Made by a program: the position numbers and the translations under genes. From NCBI GenBank assembly GCA_012837885.1, contig DUQI01000113.1, positions 894 through 64,893 on the forward strand: a stretch of 64,000 nt of DNA, in the 5' to 3' direction. Below the pieces are notes generated by a model, which was given only the letters and a program-made list of their open reading frames with translations, was not told the DNA's origin and did no database searches. The stretch comes from Fastidiosipila sp. Lineage in GTDB: Bacteria; Bacillota; Clostridia; Saccharofermentanales; DTU023. Positions 26,941 to 36,790 of this stretch are shown here, one piece after another (the stretch's first letter is position 1; every line of letters starts with the position of its first letter).

Positions 26941-28185
26941 TTATTTCAGGTCGGCGTAGAGCGGGAATTTATCCGTCAGTGCTTTGACCCGGTCGATGAT
27001 CTCGTCTCTCGACTCATCGAACTTATGGACGGCGAGACCGATCAGCTTCGCGATTTCCTTCATCTCGTCGATGTTGAAGCCTCTTGTCGTGACGGCCGGC
27101 GTACCGATTCTCAGGCCGCTCGTAATGGTCGGCGGCTGCGTATCAAACGGAATGCCGTTCTTGTTGCTGGTGATATTGACTTCGTCCAGACGCTCCTGCA
27201 GATCGACGCCGCTGACACCTGCCTTCGTCAGGTCGAGCAGCATCAAGTGGGTGTCGGTGCCGCCGGAGACGATGTCGATGCCTTCTTCGATCAAGGCCTT
27301 GGCGAGGGCGTCGGCGTTGTTCACGACGCGCTGCATGTAGTCTTTGAATTCCGGTTCAAGCGCTTCTTTGAAGGCGACGGCTTTGGCCGCGATGATATGC
27401 ATCAGAGGACCACCCTGCAGGCCCGGGAACACGGATGAATCGATCTTTTTCTTGTACTGTTCTTTACACAGGATGATGCCGCCTCTCGGACCTCTCAAGG
27501 TCTTATGAGTCGTCGAGGTTACGACGTCGGCGTACGGTACGGGGTTCATGTGCAGTCCGGTCGCGACGAGTCCGGCGATATGCGCCATGTCGACAAAGAG
27601 CAAGGCACCGACTTCATCAGCGATTTCGCGGAACTTTTTAAAGTCCAGCTTTCTCGGATAAGCCGAGGCACCGGCCACGATAATCTTCGGCTGCACTTCT
27701 TTTGCACGAGCCAAGATGTCATCGTAGTCGACCTGCATCGTATCTTTTCTTACCTGATAGCCGTGCGCTTCATAGTATTTACCAGAGATATTGATGCGTA
27801 GTCCGTGCGTCAGGTGACCACCGTGGGCGAGGTCAAGTCCCAGGATTTTGTCGCCGGGATTCAAGAGCGCGAAGTAGACGCCGAGGTTGGCCGACGCACC
27901 GGAGTGCGGCTGCACGTTCGCATGCTCGGCACCGAACAGCTTCTTCAGGCGTTCGATCGCCAGATCTTCGACCACGTCGACATGCTCACAGCCACCGTAG
28001 TAACGGCGTCCCGGATAGCCTTCAGCGTATTTGTTCGTGAGAACCGAGCCGGCGGCTTCCAGCACCGCTTTGCTGACAAAGTTCTCCGAAGCGATCAGCT
28101 CGAGCTTCTCTTGCTGTCTGGCGAGTTCATCGACGAGCGCGCCGTGGACATCCGGGTCTTGTTTTTTTATTGTTTCGTACAACAT
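26941..28185 (-). CDS. glyA: serine hydroxymethyltransferase
   Basis: [11 protein letters not shown] and the PLP-lysine motif [12 protein letters not shown]. Confidence 0.97.
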   Translation of the reverse strand: MLYETIKKQDPDVHGALVDELARQQEKLELIASENFVSKAVLEAAGSVLTNKYAEGYPGRRYYGGCEHVDVVEDLAIERLKKLFGAEHANVQPHSGASANLGVYFALLNPGDKILGLDLAHGGHLTHGLRINISGKYYEAHGYQVRKDTMQVDYDDILARAKEVQPKIIVAGASAYPRKLDFKKFREIADEVGALLFVDMAHIAGLVATGLHMNPVPYADVVTSTTHKTLRGPRGGIILCKEQYKKKIDSSVFPGLQGGPLMHIIAAKAVAFKEALEPEFKDYMQRVVNNADALAKALIEEGIDIVSGGTDTHLMLLDLTKAGVSGVDLQERLDEVNITSNKNGIPFDTQPPTITSGLRIGTPAVTTRGFNIDEMKEIAKLIGLAVHKFDESRDEIIDRVKALTDKFPLYADLK

Positions 28186-28229
28186 GAAATGCCTCCGTAC
28201 ATTAATTATTGCCTAAGTCTCGTATATGT

Positions 28230-29453
28230 TTACATATTATCACGAAGTGACAGTCGTTCACTTGTGATATGTTCCAAACCTTTTAGGGTCAACGCCTCAA
28301 TATCGAGCGCCTTTTCAGCGTCAGCGGCAGCCTCCAAAGACGGATGGGTCTTTGGATGTCGAGACACGAAGACGGTGCAACAGTCGGCATAAGGCAGGAT
28401 GCTCGTCTCGAACGTGCCGATCGCCCGCGCCATGCGCACCGTGTCGTCTTTGTCGATTCCGATCAGGGGACGGAATACGGGACAGGAGACGACGCTGCCG
28501 GTCGCCAGGAGCGCTTCCTGCGTCTGTGAGGCGACCTGACCGAGGCTTTCCCCGGTGATCAGTGACTTCGACCTTGTGCCTTCCATAAAACGTTCGGCGA
28601 TCCGCATCATCATGCGACGCATAACGATCGTCAACATGTCGTTCGGACACTTTTGCGAAAGCTCGAGCTGGATCGAGGTGAAATCGACGATATGGAGCAT
28701 CATGTCGCCGGAAAACCTCGTCATGATCCGGCCGAGATCGCGGACTTTTTCAAGCACTTCATCGCCGGTATATGGATACGTATGAAAGTAGATCGACTCG
28801 AGCTGCATGCCGCGCGAAGCCATCATGTAGCCGGCGACCGGACTGTCGATACCGCCCGATAAAAGCAGCATTCCGCTACCGCTCATGCCGACAGGGAGAC
28901 CACGCGGTCCCGGTACGATCTCACGATAGAAGTAGATGCGGTTTCGAATCTCGACTCGGACAATCAGGTCCGGATCGTGCACATCGACCGAGAGAAGCGG
29001 CGCGAAACGATCGACCAGCACGCTTCCGAGCTCGGCCGACACTTCATAAGAGCCGAGAGGAAAAGTCTTGTCGACACGCTTCGTCTCGACTTTAAAGGTG
29101 CGCGGCTTTCCATCTTCCAAGAGTGTTGAAAGCGACTCGATCGCCGTTTCCTTCAGTGCATCAAAGCCACCTTCAATAACTGTAAGCGGCGACAAGGAGA
29201 CGATGCCGAAGACATCTTTCAGGGCGGCGATGACCTCATCTACTGACACATCATCGGGCACGCCGACCAAAATCCGACTCTGATCTTTTTCCACACTGAC
29301 CTTGCCGAACGGACGCAGTCGGTGACGCATATTCGCGATCAAACGGTTTTCAAACTTGTAGCGGTTCATGCCCTTCAACATGATCTCGCCCACTCTGACG
29401 AGCACGAGGTTTTTCTGCTGCTTCTTATCCATACTGTTCCTATCGTCTATCAT
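28230..29453 (-). CDS. thiI: tRNA 4-thiouridine synthase ThiI
   Basis: THUMP-containing N-terminal region and PP-loop LLSGGIDSPVAG. 4-nt overlap with the upstream desulfurase gene. Confidence 0.92.
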   Translation of the reverse strand: MIDDRNSMDKKQQKNLVLVRVGEIMLKGMNRYKFENRLIANMRHRLRPFGKVSVEKDQSRILVGVPDDVSVDEVIAALKDVFGIVSLSPLTVIEGGFDALKETAIESLSTLLEDGKPRTFKVETKRVDKTFPLGSYEVSAELGSVLVDRFAPLLSVDVHDPDLIVRVEIRNRIYFYREIVPGPRGLPVGMSGSGMLLLSGGIDSPVAGYMMASRGMQLESIYFHTYPYTGDEVLEKVRDLGRIMTRFSGDMMLHIVDFTSIQLELSQKCPNDMLTIVMRRMMMRIAERFMEGTRSKSLITGESLGQVASQTQEALLATGSVVSCPVFRPLIGIDKDDTVRMARAIGTFETSILPYADCCTVFVSRHPKTHPSLEAAADAEKALDIEALTLKGLEHITSERLSLRDNM

Positions 29454-30586
29454 ACGGTGCCATACTGTCTGACGGCGGCTTCTATGGCCGTCGCCAGCGC
29501 TTCGATCTCGGCTTCGTTGTTTTCCGGTCCAAACGAGATCCGAACGGTTCGCCGGCTTTGGTCCGACGCGATGCCGAGCGCCGAGAGCGCCATGTTCTCC
29601 GACTGTTTACCACCTGAGCAGGCGGCTCCCCTGCCGATATAGATACCCTGGTCGGACAAAACGCGAACGAGTGTCTCACCCATCAGCGGAAAGGAGATCG
29701 CGACAATATGCGGCAGCGCTGAATCAGGCGAGACCAGATCAAAAGGAACGTTCTTTTCAGTCAGAACATCGACCAGCGTTTCTTTTAGTCTACCGGCCGT
29801 TTCCTTGTTCTTATCGAGCGAATCGATCGCTGCGGTCAGAGCCAGCGCCGTCGCCGCAATAAGCGGCGCATTTTCACTGCCGGAACGAAGGCCTCCCTGT
29901 TGCCCGGCTCCGGAGATAAGCGGCGTTAAGAGCGTGTGCTTCTTTGCCACCAAAAAGCCGAGCCCCATCGGTGCGCCCCACTTATGTGCCGAGAGCGAAA
30001 GAAAATCAACATCACTGCCGCTGAAATCGATCGCCTGCTTGCCGGCCGCCTGCACGGCGTCGACATGGATAACGGCATGCGGCACATGCTCGTTTCGCCA
30101 GGCTACGATCGACTCAATGTCGGTCGCTGCACCTGTTTCGTTACTGACGCCGATGACCGAGATCATGGTTGGGGGCAGGCCTTTCGTTTGCTCGACTTTC
30201 GATATGTCAGGACAACCATGGCGATCGAGCGGGATGATCGTGACCTTCACGCCGTCGGCTTTCAGAAGATTCGCTACTGCGGTCACTGCCTTGTGTTCGC
30301 CGGCAGATATCAGTAGATGCGGCGTGAAGCGGCGTGGCGTCACATAGCCTTTTAGCGCCATATTGATCGCTTCCGTGCCGCCTGACGTGACGATCACCTG
30401 TTCCGGCGTGGCACCGAAACAAGAAGCGATCGAGTCCAAAGATTCATCGATCAAGGCGCGCGCCTTCTTACCGGCACCGTGCATCGATGAAGGATTGTAT
30501 GCGAACTGAGAAAGAACGTCCCGGTAATAATCCAGGACGTTCTTTGTTGGCGGACTTGTTGCCGCGTGATCGAGATAGATGGACAA
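29450..30586 (-). CDS. cysteine desulfurase (NifZ/IscS-like, ThiI partner)
   Basis: IYLDHAATSP; PLP lysine in LSLSAHKWGAPMG; active-site GAACSGG. Confidence 0.88.
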   Translation of the reverse strand: MSIYLDHAATSPPTKNVLDYYRDVLSQFAYNPSSMHGAGKKARALIDESLDSIASCFGATPEQVIVTSGGTEAINMALKGYVTPRRFTPHLLISAGEHKAVTAVANLLKADGVKVTIIPLDRHGCPDISKVEQTKGLPPTMISVIGVSNETGAATDIESIVAWRNEHVPHAVIHVDAVQAAGKQAIDFSGSDVDFLSLSAHKWGAPMGLGFLVAKKHTLLTPLISGAGQQGGLRSGSENAPLIAATALALTAAIDSLDKNKETAGRLKETLVDVLTEKNVPFDLVSPDSALPHIVAISFPLMGETLVRVLSDQGIYIGRGAACSGGKQSENMALSALGIASDQSRRTVRISFGPENNEAEIEALATAIEAAVRQYGTV

Positions 30587-30596
30587 ATAAGGCTCC

Positions 30597-31331
30597 TTAC
30601 GATATTTCCAGTTTAATCAAATCGGGGCGCATCGCCGTTCTGATGTATTCGACAATGCTGCCGTTTCTCGCGTAAAGACCGCCTTCGGCGATCAAGACGA
30701 ATGAGCGTCGTGGTACTTCAAGTAGTTGCGCTTCCTTATTTTTCGCCGGTCTGGCGAGTACAGCGACTGCACCTTTCACCGGTAAAAAGGCGTATTTGTT
30801 GCTCTTAATGTCAACCATACGCTTGCCCGCGGCGACGGCCTGGGCTAGATCGGGAAAGAGCGGTACCGGGATATAGGACGAACACCAACCGTGGGTCTTC
30901 CCTTCATACACGACGGGCCAGGTGGCGAGCCAATAGCCGGGATGCTTTTTGCCGACGAGGCCGAAGACGGCATCGAGCTCGGCATCCGATTCGACGTGTT
31001 TAATCGATTTCAAATCGATCTGTTCGTAGCTGTTCAGATTCAAAAAAGAAAAGGTCATCGGCGTGAAATGCGGAACGGAGAGGCGCTCCGGTTCGCTTGT
31101 CACATACGTACCTTTGCCTTTGTGAATTTCCAGAACCCCGTCCGATACGAGTTCGGCGATAGCCTGGCGAACGGTCGGGCGGCTGAGATCGAGTTCTTCG
31201 CAAAACTGAAGTTCGGAAGGAATGCGGTCGCCTTGTTCATACGTTCCGTCCGAGATACGTTCGACGATCAGTTCTCTCAGTTGTGCATAGAGCGGAATGC
31301 TCGAATGTTTGTCTAACTTCATACCTAACAC
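30597..31331 (-). CDS. GntR-family regulator with a UTRA effector domain
   Basis: wHTH PSELQFCEELDLSRPTVRQAIAELVSDGVLEIHKGKGTYV. Alternative start at 31322. Confidence 0.88.
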   Translation of the reverse strand: MLGMKLDKHSSIPLYAQLRELIVERISDGTYEQGDRIPSELQFCEELDLSRPTVRQAIAELVSDGVLEIHKGKGTYVTSEPERLSVPHFTPMTFSFLNLNSYEQIDLKSIKHVESDAELDAVFGLVGKKHPGYWLATWPVVYEGKTHGWCSSYIPVPLFPDLAQAVAAGKRMVDIKSNKYAFLPVKGAVAVLARPAKNKEAQLLEVPRRSFVLIAEGGLYARNGSIVEYIRTAMRPDLIKLEIS

Positions 31332-31430
31332 GTCCCCTTGGCGTCGTTGTCAGAACATCATATCCTAATTATCCCGTGCGCGCAAGCGAAAAAGGGCGTC
31401 ATAACAAGCAGACAGCGGCCTTTCGTCCAG

Positions 31431-32051
31431 TCACAACCAGCGCAAAAAGGAGCGTCGGTGAATCGGTGTCGGGCCGAGTCTGCGCAGCACATCCATGTGT
31501 GCCTGCGTGCCGTACCCTTTATGCTGCGCAAAGCCGTATTCCGGATACTCCCGGTCATAGAGTGCCATCAGCCGGTCGCGTGTGACCTTGGCGACGATCG
31601 AGGCTGCGGCGATCGCATTCACATTCAAATCGCCCTTGATCATCGATTCCTGAGCACAGTCGATATCATCGAGCCGAATCGCGTCGAACAGTGCCATGTC
31701 GACCGTCTCGAGCGTCAGAAGTGCCATGCGCATCGCCATCTTGGTCGCATTCAAGATGTTCAGGTGATCGATATCGAGTGGACCGACCTGGGCAATCGCC
31801 ACTTCGCAGCGATCCAGGATCTGATCGTACAGTGCTTCGCGCCGCTTTAAGGTCAATCGCTTGGAATCGTTCAGACCGTAAATCGGTTCATCGCAGAGTA
31901 TGACGGCCGCAGCGACGACGGGACCGGCGAGCGGTCCTCTTCCGGCCTCATCGAGTCCGGCGATACGCACATAACCTTTCGCCTTCAAGGCCTTTTCAGG
32001 TGCGCTCATCGTCTCCCAGCGACGCTTGTCTTTTTCGCTGATCCGGATCAC
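31431..32051 (-). CDS. rnhB: ribonuclease HII
   Basis: IAGLDEAGRGPLAGPVV, DSKRLT and HMDVLRRLGPTPIHRRSF. Confidence 0.95.
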   Translation of the reverse strand: MIRISEKDKRRWETMSAPEKALKAKGYVRIAGLDEAGRGPLAGPVVAAAVILCDEPIYGLNDSKRLTLKRREALYDQILDRCEVAIAQVGPLDIDHLNILNATKMAMRMALLTLETVDMALFDAIRLDDIDCAQESMIKGDLNVNAIAAASIVAKVTRDRLMALYDREYPEYGFAQHKGYGTQAHMDVLRRLGPTPIHRRSFLRWL

Positions 32052-32890
32052 GGACGCTCTAATGACAGGCGGCCGATACTTCCCTGTCTGAAGTCATTGA
32101 TAAAGCGGGTCGCCGTACGAAACAGATCCGGTTCGCCGCCGCTTAAGATGAGATGCTGGCTGACGGCGAGTTCATGAAGTGTGACGTCGCCTTGCATCCC
32201 GTATTTTTCGCGTAATATTTGCTCATAGTCAGCGAGCAATAGGTTGAGAAGGCACGCCGCCACTTCTTCTTTCGGTAAAAGATCGTCCGGTATCGCACCG
32301 CTTGCGGCCAGGGCGCACTTCTCTGCTTCAGTATCGAGTTTCGGCCATAAGACGCCCGGCGTATCGAGAAGCTCCAGATCCTTGCCGGCGCGCAGCCAGA
32401 CGAGTTGCCTCGTCACGCCCGGCTTGTTTTGCGTCTTAAGGCTCGACTTGCCGGCCAACCGATTGATCAGGGTCGATTTGCCGCTGTTCGGTATGCCGGC
32501 GATCATCAGGCGAAGCGGGCGCGAGACATACCCGCGCGCTTTGGCGCGTTCGATACGCGCTTTGTTCGCTTCGAGGATAAGCCGGCGGATGTTGGCAATA
32601 TCGGAACGGTTATGCAGATTTGTCCCAACGGTTAACACGCCGTCTTCTTTATTCTTATCGATCCAGGCAGCGGTGACGTCGGGATCGGCGAGATCGGCCT
32701 TGTTTAACAGGAGCATACGGTCTTTGTGTTCGGTTAAAGCTAAAAGTTCCGGGTTTCTTGACGATCTGGCGACACGTGCATCGCACACCTCGATCACAAA
32801 GTCGACGCGTTTCAACGCCTCTTTCATCTGACGAAACGTCTTCTCCATGTGTCCCGGATACCAATGTATAGCGCGGGTCGGCAAAATCAT
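32048..32890 (-). CDS. rbgA: ribosome biogenesis GTPase A (YlqF)
   Basis: IHWYPGHMEKT and circularly permuted GTPase motifs (LLLNKADL ... GIPNSGKSTLINRL ... DTPGV). Confidence 0.95.
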   Translation of the reverse strand: MILPTRAIHWYPGHMEKTFRQMKEALKRVDFVIEVCDARVARSSRNPELLALTEHKDRMLLLNKADLADPDVTAAWIDKNKEDGVLTVGTNLHNRSDIANIRRLILEANKARIERAKARGYVSRPLRLMIAGIPNSGKSTLINRLAGKSSLKTQNKPGVTRQLVWLRAGKDLELLDTPGVLWPKLDTEAEKCALAASGAIPDDLLPKEEVAACLLNLLLADYEQILREKYGMQGDVTLHELAVSQHLILSGGEPDLFRTATRFINDFRQGSIGRLSLERP

Positions 32891-33058
32891 GCTCCTTTCC
32901 GAACGCCAAAAGCGTCGCCTGTCGTTTCGTTAACAATGTATCACAATAAAAAGCATGCTAATCTCGCGTTCATGCTCTCGCCGCATTTTGCCACACTGTG
33001 GCACGGATCAGATCAAGAATGACTGTTAAGGTGAACCAAATACAAAAGGAGAAATCTC

Positions 33059-33565
33059 ATGAAAAAGATTGCCATATTACTGGAGAATATATTTGATGAA
33101 CAGGAATTGATCTACCCGTATCATCGTTTGAGAGAAGATTTTGAAGTGGAGCTGATCGGTACCAAAGGCGACACCGAATACAAAAGTAAAGCCGGTTTTG
33201 CTATGACATCCGATATCGGTTCCAAAGAAGCGAAAGCTGAAGACTATGCCGGCGTGTTCATTCCCGGTGGTTTTTCGCCGGACTATATGCGCCGCTCGGA
33301 TGATACGATCGAATTCGTTAAGAAGATTTATGACCTCGGCAAGCCGATCGCAGCGATCTGTCACGCCGGCTGGGTGCTGGCCTCTGCGATCGATCTGAAG
33401 GAGAAGACGCTGACTTCCTATCCTTCGATCAAAAATGATCTGCTCCACGCCGGCGCGACCTGGGTCGATCAGGAAGTCGTCGTCGATGGCCAATTGATCA
33501 CAGGCAGAAATCCGAAGGATCTGCCGGCCGTCGTCAAAGCGTTTGTCGATGCGTTAAAGAAGTAA
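33059..33565 (+). CDS. DJ-1/PfpI-family protein
   Basis: Nucleophile elbow AAICHAGWVL and ITGRNPKDLPA. Confidence 0.88.
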   Translation: MKKIAILLENIFDEQELIYPYHRLREDFEVELIGTKGDTEYKSKAGFAMTSDIGSKEAKAEDYAGVFIPGGFSPDYMRRSDDTIEFVKKIYDLGKPIAAICHAGWVLASAIDLKEKTLTSYPSIKNDLLHAGATWVDQEVVVDGQLITGRNPKDLPAVVKAFVDALKK

Positions 33566-33580
33566 GGATAGGATCTCATG

Positions 33581-33607
33581 AAAAAAGCGGCTTACGCCGC
33601 TTTTATT
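33581..33607. terminator. bidirectional intrinsic terminator
   Basis: aaaaaagcggc-tta-gccgctttt: A-tract, short GC stem, T-tract. It lies between the PfpI gene (+) and rplS (-). Confidence 0.7.
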
Positions 33608-33622
33608 CTTTGACATGCTAGA

Positions 33623-33979
33623 TTACTGTCTCGGGCGAAGTTTCTCACGGACTCTCGCCTTCTTACCGACGCGATCGCGCAGGTAGAACAGTTTTGCCCG
33701 GCGCACACGTCCTTTGCGGACGATTTCAATCTTTACGATTTTCGGTGAGTGCACCGGCAGGACACGTTCGACACCGACACCGTATGAGAGACGTCTGACT
33801 GTGATCGTTTCATTCATACCAGCGCCTTTACGGGCGATAACCGTGCCTTCAAAGATCTGGACACGTTCTCTTGTGCCTTCCTTGATCTTGAGATGAACCT
33901 TTACATAATCGCCGATTTCCACATGATCATGCGCATCGATCATATGATCTTGTTCGACGGCTTTTACCAATACGTTCAT
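33623..33979 (-). CDS. rplS: 50S ribosomal protein L19
   Basis: [37 protein letters not shown]. Confidence 0.97.
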   Translation of the reverse strand: MNVLVKAVEQDHMIDAHDHVEIGDYVKVHLKIKEGTRERVQIFEGTVIARKGAGMNETITVRRLSYGVGVERVLPVHSPKIVKIEIVRKGRVRRAKLFYLRDRVGKKARVREKLRPRQ

Positions 33980-34223
33980 ATTGCGTACCTCCTTCCTTTG
34001 TCAGACGTTCTTGCACGCAATTGCAGCGGACCGCCTTTTTTGCCGAAAGCAAGCATAGCAGACCATTCACGCGAATGCAAGCACGTTTTTCAGGAAGCTT
34101 ACACGCTTTTTGTCCGCATCGCTTTTATTTTGTCGATCAGCCTTTTGACCGAGCGGATGATAAATCGACCTGCTTCACCGAGCAGCGCAAAAATGATTCA
34201 CATATATCCTCACTAATCGTATT

Positions 34224-35057
34224 TTAGAGCATCGCTCTCAGACGTTCGACACGCTCTTTCGTCTTCTCGTCCTTCTTTTCTTCTTTTTCCAGAAAGTCAG
34301 GATGTTCTTCGAGAAAGCGTTTTACGAAGCCTCGCTCATCGTCGGCGTAGCGAGAGAGCGACATCTCCTGTTTCTCATCAATTTTACCAAGCGCGACGGC
34401 TTCTTTAAACAGTGCGGCATCAATCGTCGCTAAAACATCGACCGCGATGCCTTTAGCTTCGAGTATTTTCTTGCCGCCCTGCGCCCGGTCGACACCGGCG
34501 ATCGTATCCTTGATCTTCAGGCCGTGCTTTTCCAATGCCGGGATCCAGGCGCGTTCATAAGACGACGCTTTCGTGATGAGATCGGCCACATGAAGCACGT
34601 CTCCGCTGAGCATGCCTGGTTGTCTCGCCTCTTCATCGACCGTTTCGGAGAGCCAGACTTCCTCGTCTTTGAAGATGAATAGATGCGGCAGACCGAGTTT
34701 TCGGGCGAGCTCAATCGAAAAGAAAAAGTCGCGTCGCTCACCGCCGGAGACATACTGCCACGATTTTCCTTTGGTCAATGCCACCATGTCATCGATGACC
34801 CGGCGGTAGATCGGATGGTTTTCATACTGGGTTCTCGTCTTCTCGCCTACAATCTGACCGAATCTGCTTCTCATGTCAGGTGCAGAGGCTGCTTCGATCA
34901 CGGCGAGGAGTTCGGTCGCTTCCTCTTTTGAACCGAAAAGGTAATGGGTGTTGATGTAGTACGGGCCGAACAGGCCGGACGTATACCAAAACGGCTGATC
35001 GGCCGGGGCGGCGACAAAAGCATTCGTCTCAAACAATAATCTCGTGATATCACTCAT
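34224..35057 (-). CDS. divergent long orotate-phosphoribosyltransferase-like protein in the pyrE position
   Basis: The N-terminus aligns by eye to PyrE (LFETNAFVAAPADQPFWYTSGLFGPYYIN). The PRPP-loop region reads VLHVADLITKASS instead of the usual hhhhDDvxTtGgT. It carries an extra C-terminal K/E-rich helical extension, 277 aa in total. Confidence 0.5.
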   Translation of the reverse strand: MSDITRLLFETNAFVAAPADQPFWYTSGLFGPYYINTHYLFGSKEEATELLAVIEAASAPDMRSRFGQIVGEKTRTQYENHPIYRRVIDDMVALTKGKSWQYVSGGERRDFFFSIELARKLGLPHLFIFKDEEVWLSETVDEEARQPGMLSGDVLHVADLITKASSYERAWIPALEKHGLKIKDTIAGVDRAQGGKKILEAKGIAVDVLATIDAALFKEAVALGKIDEKQEMSLSRYADDERGFVKRFLEEHPDFLEKEEKKDEKTKERVERLRAML

Positions 35058-35072
35058 CTCAGTGGTTACTCC

Positions 35073-35990
35073 TTACCACGGCCGCATCTGGCCGACAATC
35101 TCGGAAACGCTCGTTGCACCGATCGACTCGAGGACAGAAGGCAATGCTTCGATCATGGTCGGCATCGTGTACGGATCTAAAAGCGTCGCCGTCCCGACCT
35201 GTACGGCCGACGCTCCGGCGAGCATCATCTCGACGACATCTTCGGCCGACATAATCCCGCCCAACCCGACGATCGGGATGTTGACCGCCTTAAAGCACTC
35301 ATGCACCATGCGTAAGGCGACCGGAAAGACGCCGGGGCCGGAATAGCCGCCCGTGTTGTTTCGAATGACCGGGCGTTTCGTTCTAATATCGATCCGCATA
35401 CCGAGCAGCGTATTGATCAGGGATACGGCGTCTGCGCCGCCGGCTTCAGCAGCTTTCGCCATATCGCCGATATGCGTCACGTTCGGCGTCAGCTTGACCC
35501 AGATCGGCACATCGGCGATCTCTTTGCAGGCTCTCGTCACTTCCTCGATCAAAGCCGGTTCCGAGCCGATCGCCATACAGCCGGTTTTCACATTGGGACA
35601 GGAAAGATTCAGCTCAATCGCATCGATCCCCACACCATTGAGCGCTTCCGCCAGCTTGACGTAGTCGCCGAGGTCGTCTCCCGCGGCATTGACGATCACC
35701 TTCGTGTCCTGTTTAATCAACCACGGCAGATCTTCCTTGATCACTTTCTCGATGCCGGGATTTTGCAGGCCGACGGCGTTCAGCATACCGCCGGGCGCTT
35801 CCGCGATACGGTGCGGCGGATTGCCGCGTCTTTCTTTCACGGTTACGCCTTTACTCACCACTCCACCGAGCACACCGAGGTCGAAGAAGCGGCTCATCTC
35901 ACGGCCGAAACCGAACGTGCCTGAAGCGGCGATTAAAGGATTTTTACATGTCAGGTCTCCGACCCGGCAAGATAGATCGATCGTACTCAT
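35073..35990 (-). CDS. pyrD: dihydroorotate dehydrogenase B, catalytic subunit
   Basis: NPLIAASGTFGFG and NLSCPN. The ATG at 35990 shares 1 nt with the pyrK stop. Confidence 0.93.
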   Translation of the reverse strand: MSTIDLSCRVGDLTCKNPLIAASGTFGFGREMSRFFDLGVLGGVVSKGVTVKERRGNPPHRIAEAPGGMLNAVGLQNPGIEKVIKEDLPWLIKQDTKVIVNAAGDDLGDYVKLAEALNGVGIDAIELNLSCPNVKTGCMAIGSEPALIEEVTRACKEIADVPIWVKLTPNVTHIGDMAKAAEAGGADAVSLINTLLGMRIDIRTKRPVIRNNTGGYSGPGVFPVALRMVHECFKAVNIPIVGLGGIMSAEDVVEMMLAGASAVQVGTATLLDPYTMPTMIEALPSVLESIGATSVSEIVGQMRPW

Positions 35991-36790
35991 CACAGTCCCT
36001 CCCAATCGACGACGCCGCGTCTGAAGACAGGACCTTCGACGCAGCAACGGTCATACGTCGGCTGGCCGTCACGGATGACCGGGATCGCACAGCCGCGGCA
36101 GACACCGAAGCCGCAGCCCATACGTGCCTCGAATGAACACTCGGCGTCGATCCCGTTTTCTTCACACCAGGCGTTGACGGCTTTTAACATCGGGATCGGC
36201 CCACACGCGTAGACGATCGTGCCGTCGGACTGTCCGTGCCGCTCATAGAGCTCTGCCAGAGCATCGACGGCCGTGCCGCTGACATCTGCCTCCCCTATCT
36301 CGCAGGCCGTCAGATAGTCATCGGAAATATGGCTGAAGTCGTCGATCATCAGGGCATGCGTCAGCGATTGAAAGCCGCATCCGGTATATGTTTTGATCCC
36401 TGCCCTTTTCAACTCCTGCAGGAGGAATAAGAGCGGATAGATCCCGGTGCCGCCGCCGATGACATAGGCACGGGATGTCTTTTCCGAGATACTGAAACCG
36501 TAGCCGAACGGTCCAAAGAGCGTGGCCTTATCGCCCGCCTTATACTCAAAGATCTCTTTCGTGCCTTTACCGACTTTTCTCACGCCGATGCCGACGGTGC
36601 CCGCCTTTTTGTCACAGATGGCGACGCCGAACGGACGGTTTAAAAACTGGCTCGTTTCGAGTTCGACGAACTGTCCTGGTTTTGAAAGCTCCGATAGTTC
36701 AGGCGCGTTCAGTGTCAAAAAGACATTGTCCTCATCGAGGTGATCGACCTTCGTTATCGTCGCATCATGACGGTACTTTCTTTCCATCAT
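35990..36790 (-). CDS. pyrK: dihydroorotate dehydrogenase B electron-transfer subunit
   Basis: FAD/NAD-binding fold and the C-terminal 2Fe-2S motif CGFGVCRGC. Confidence 0.9.
   Translation of the reverse strand: MMERKYRHDATITKVDHLDEDNVFLTLNAPELSELSKPGQFVELETSQFLNRPFGVAICDKKAGTVGIGVRKVGKGTKEIFEYKAGDKATLFGPFGYGFSISEKTSRAYVIGGGTGIYPLLFLLQELKRAGIKTYTGCGFQSLTHALMIDDFSHISDDYLTACEIGEADVSGTAVDALAELYERHGQSDGTIVYACGPIPMLKAVNAWCEENGIDAECSFEARMGCGFGVCRGCAIPVIRDGQPTYDRCCVEGPVFRRGVVDWEGL

Noticed and set aside
33893-34227. Plus-strand ORFs of 107 aa and 68 aa in the rplS upstream region.
   Set aside because: They start antisense inside rplS or in the leader, lack an RBS, and encode hydrophobic or low-complexity sequence with no motif. 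The region is better explained as the rplS promoter and leader.
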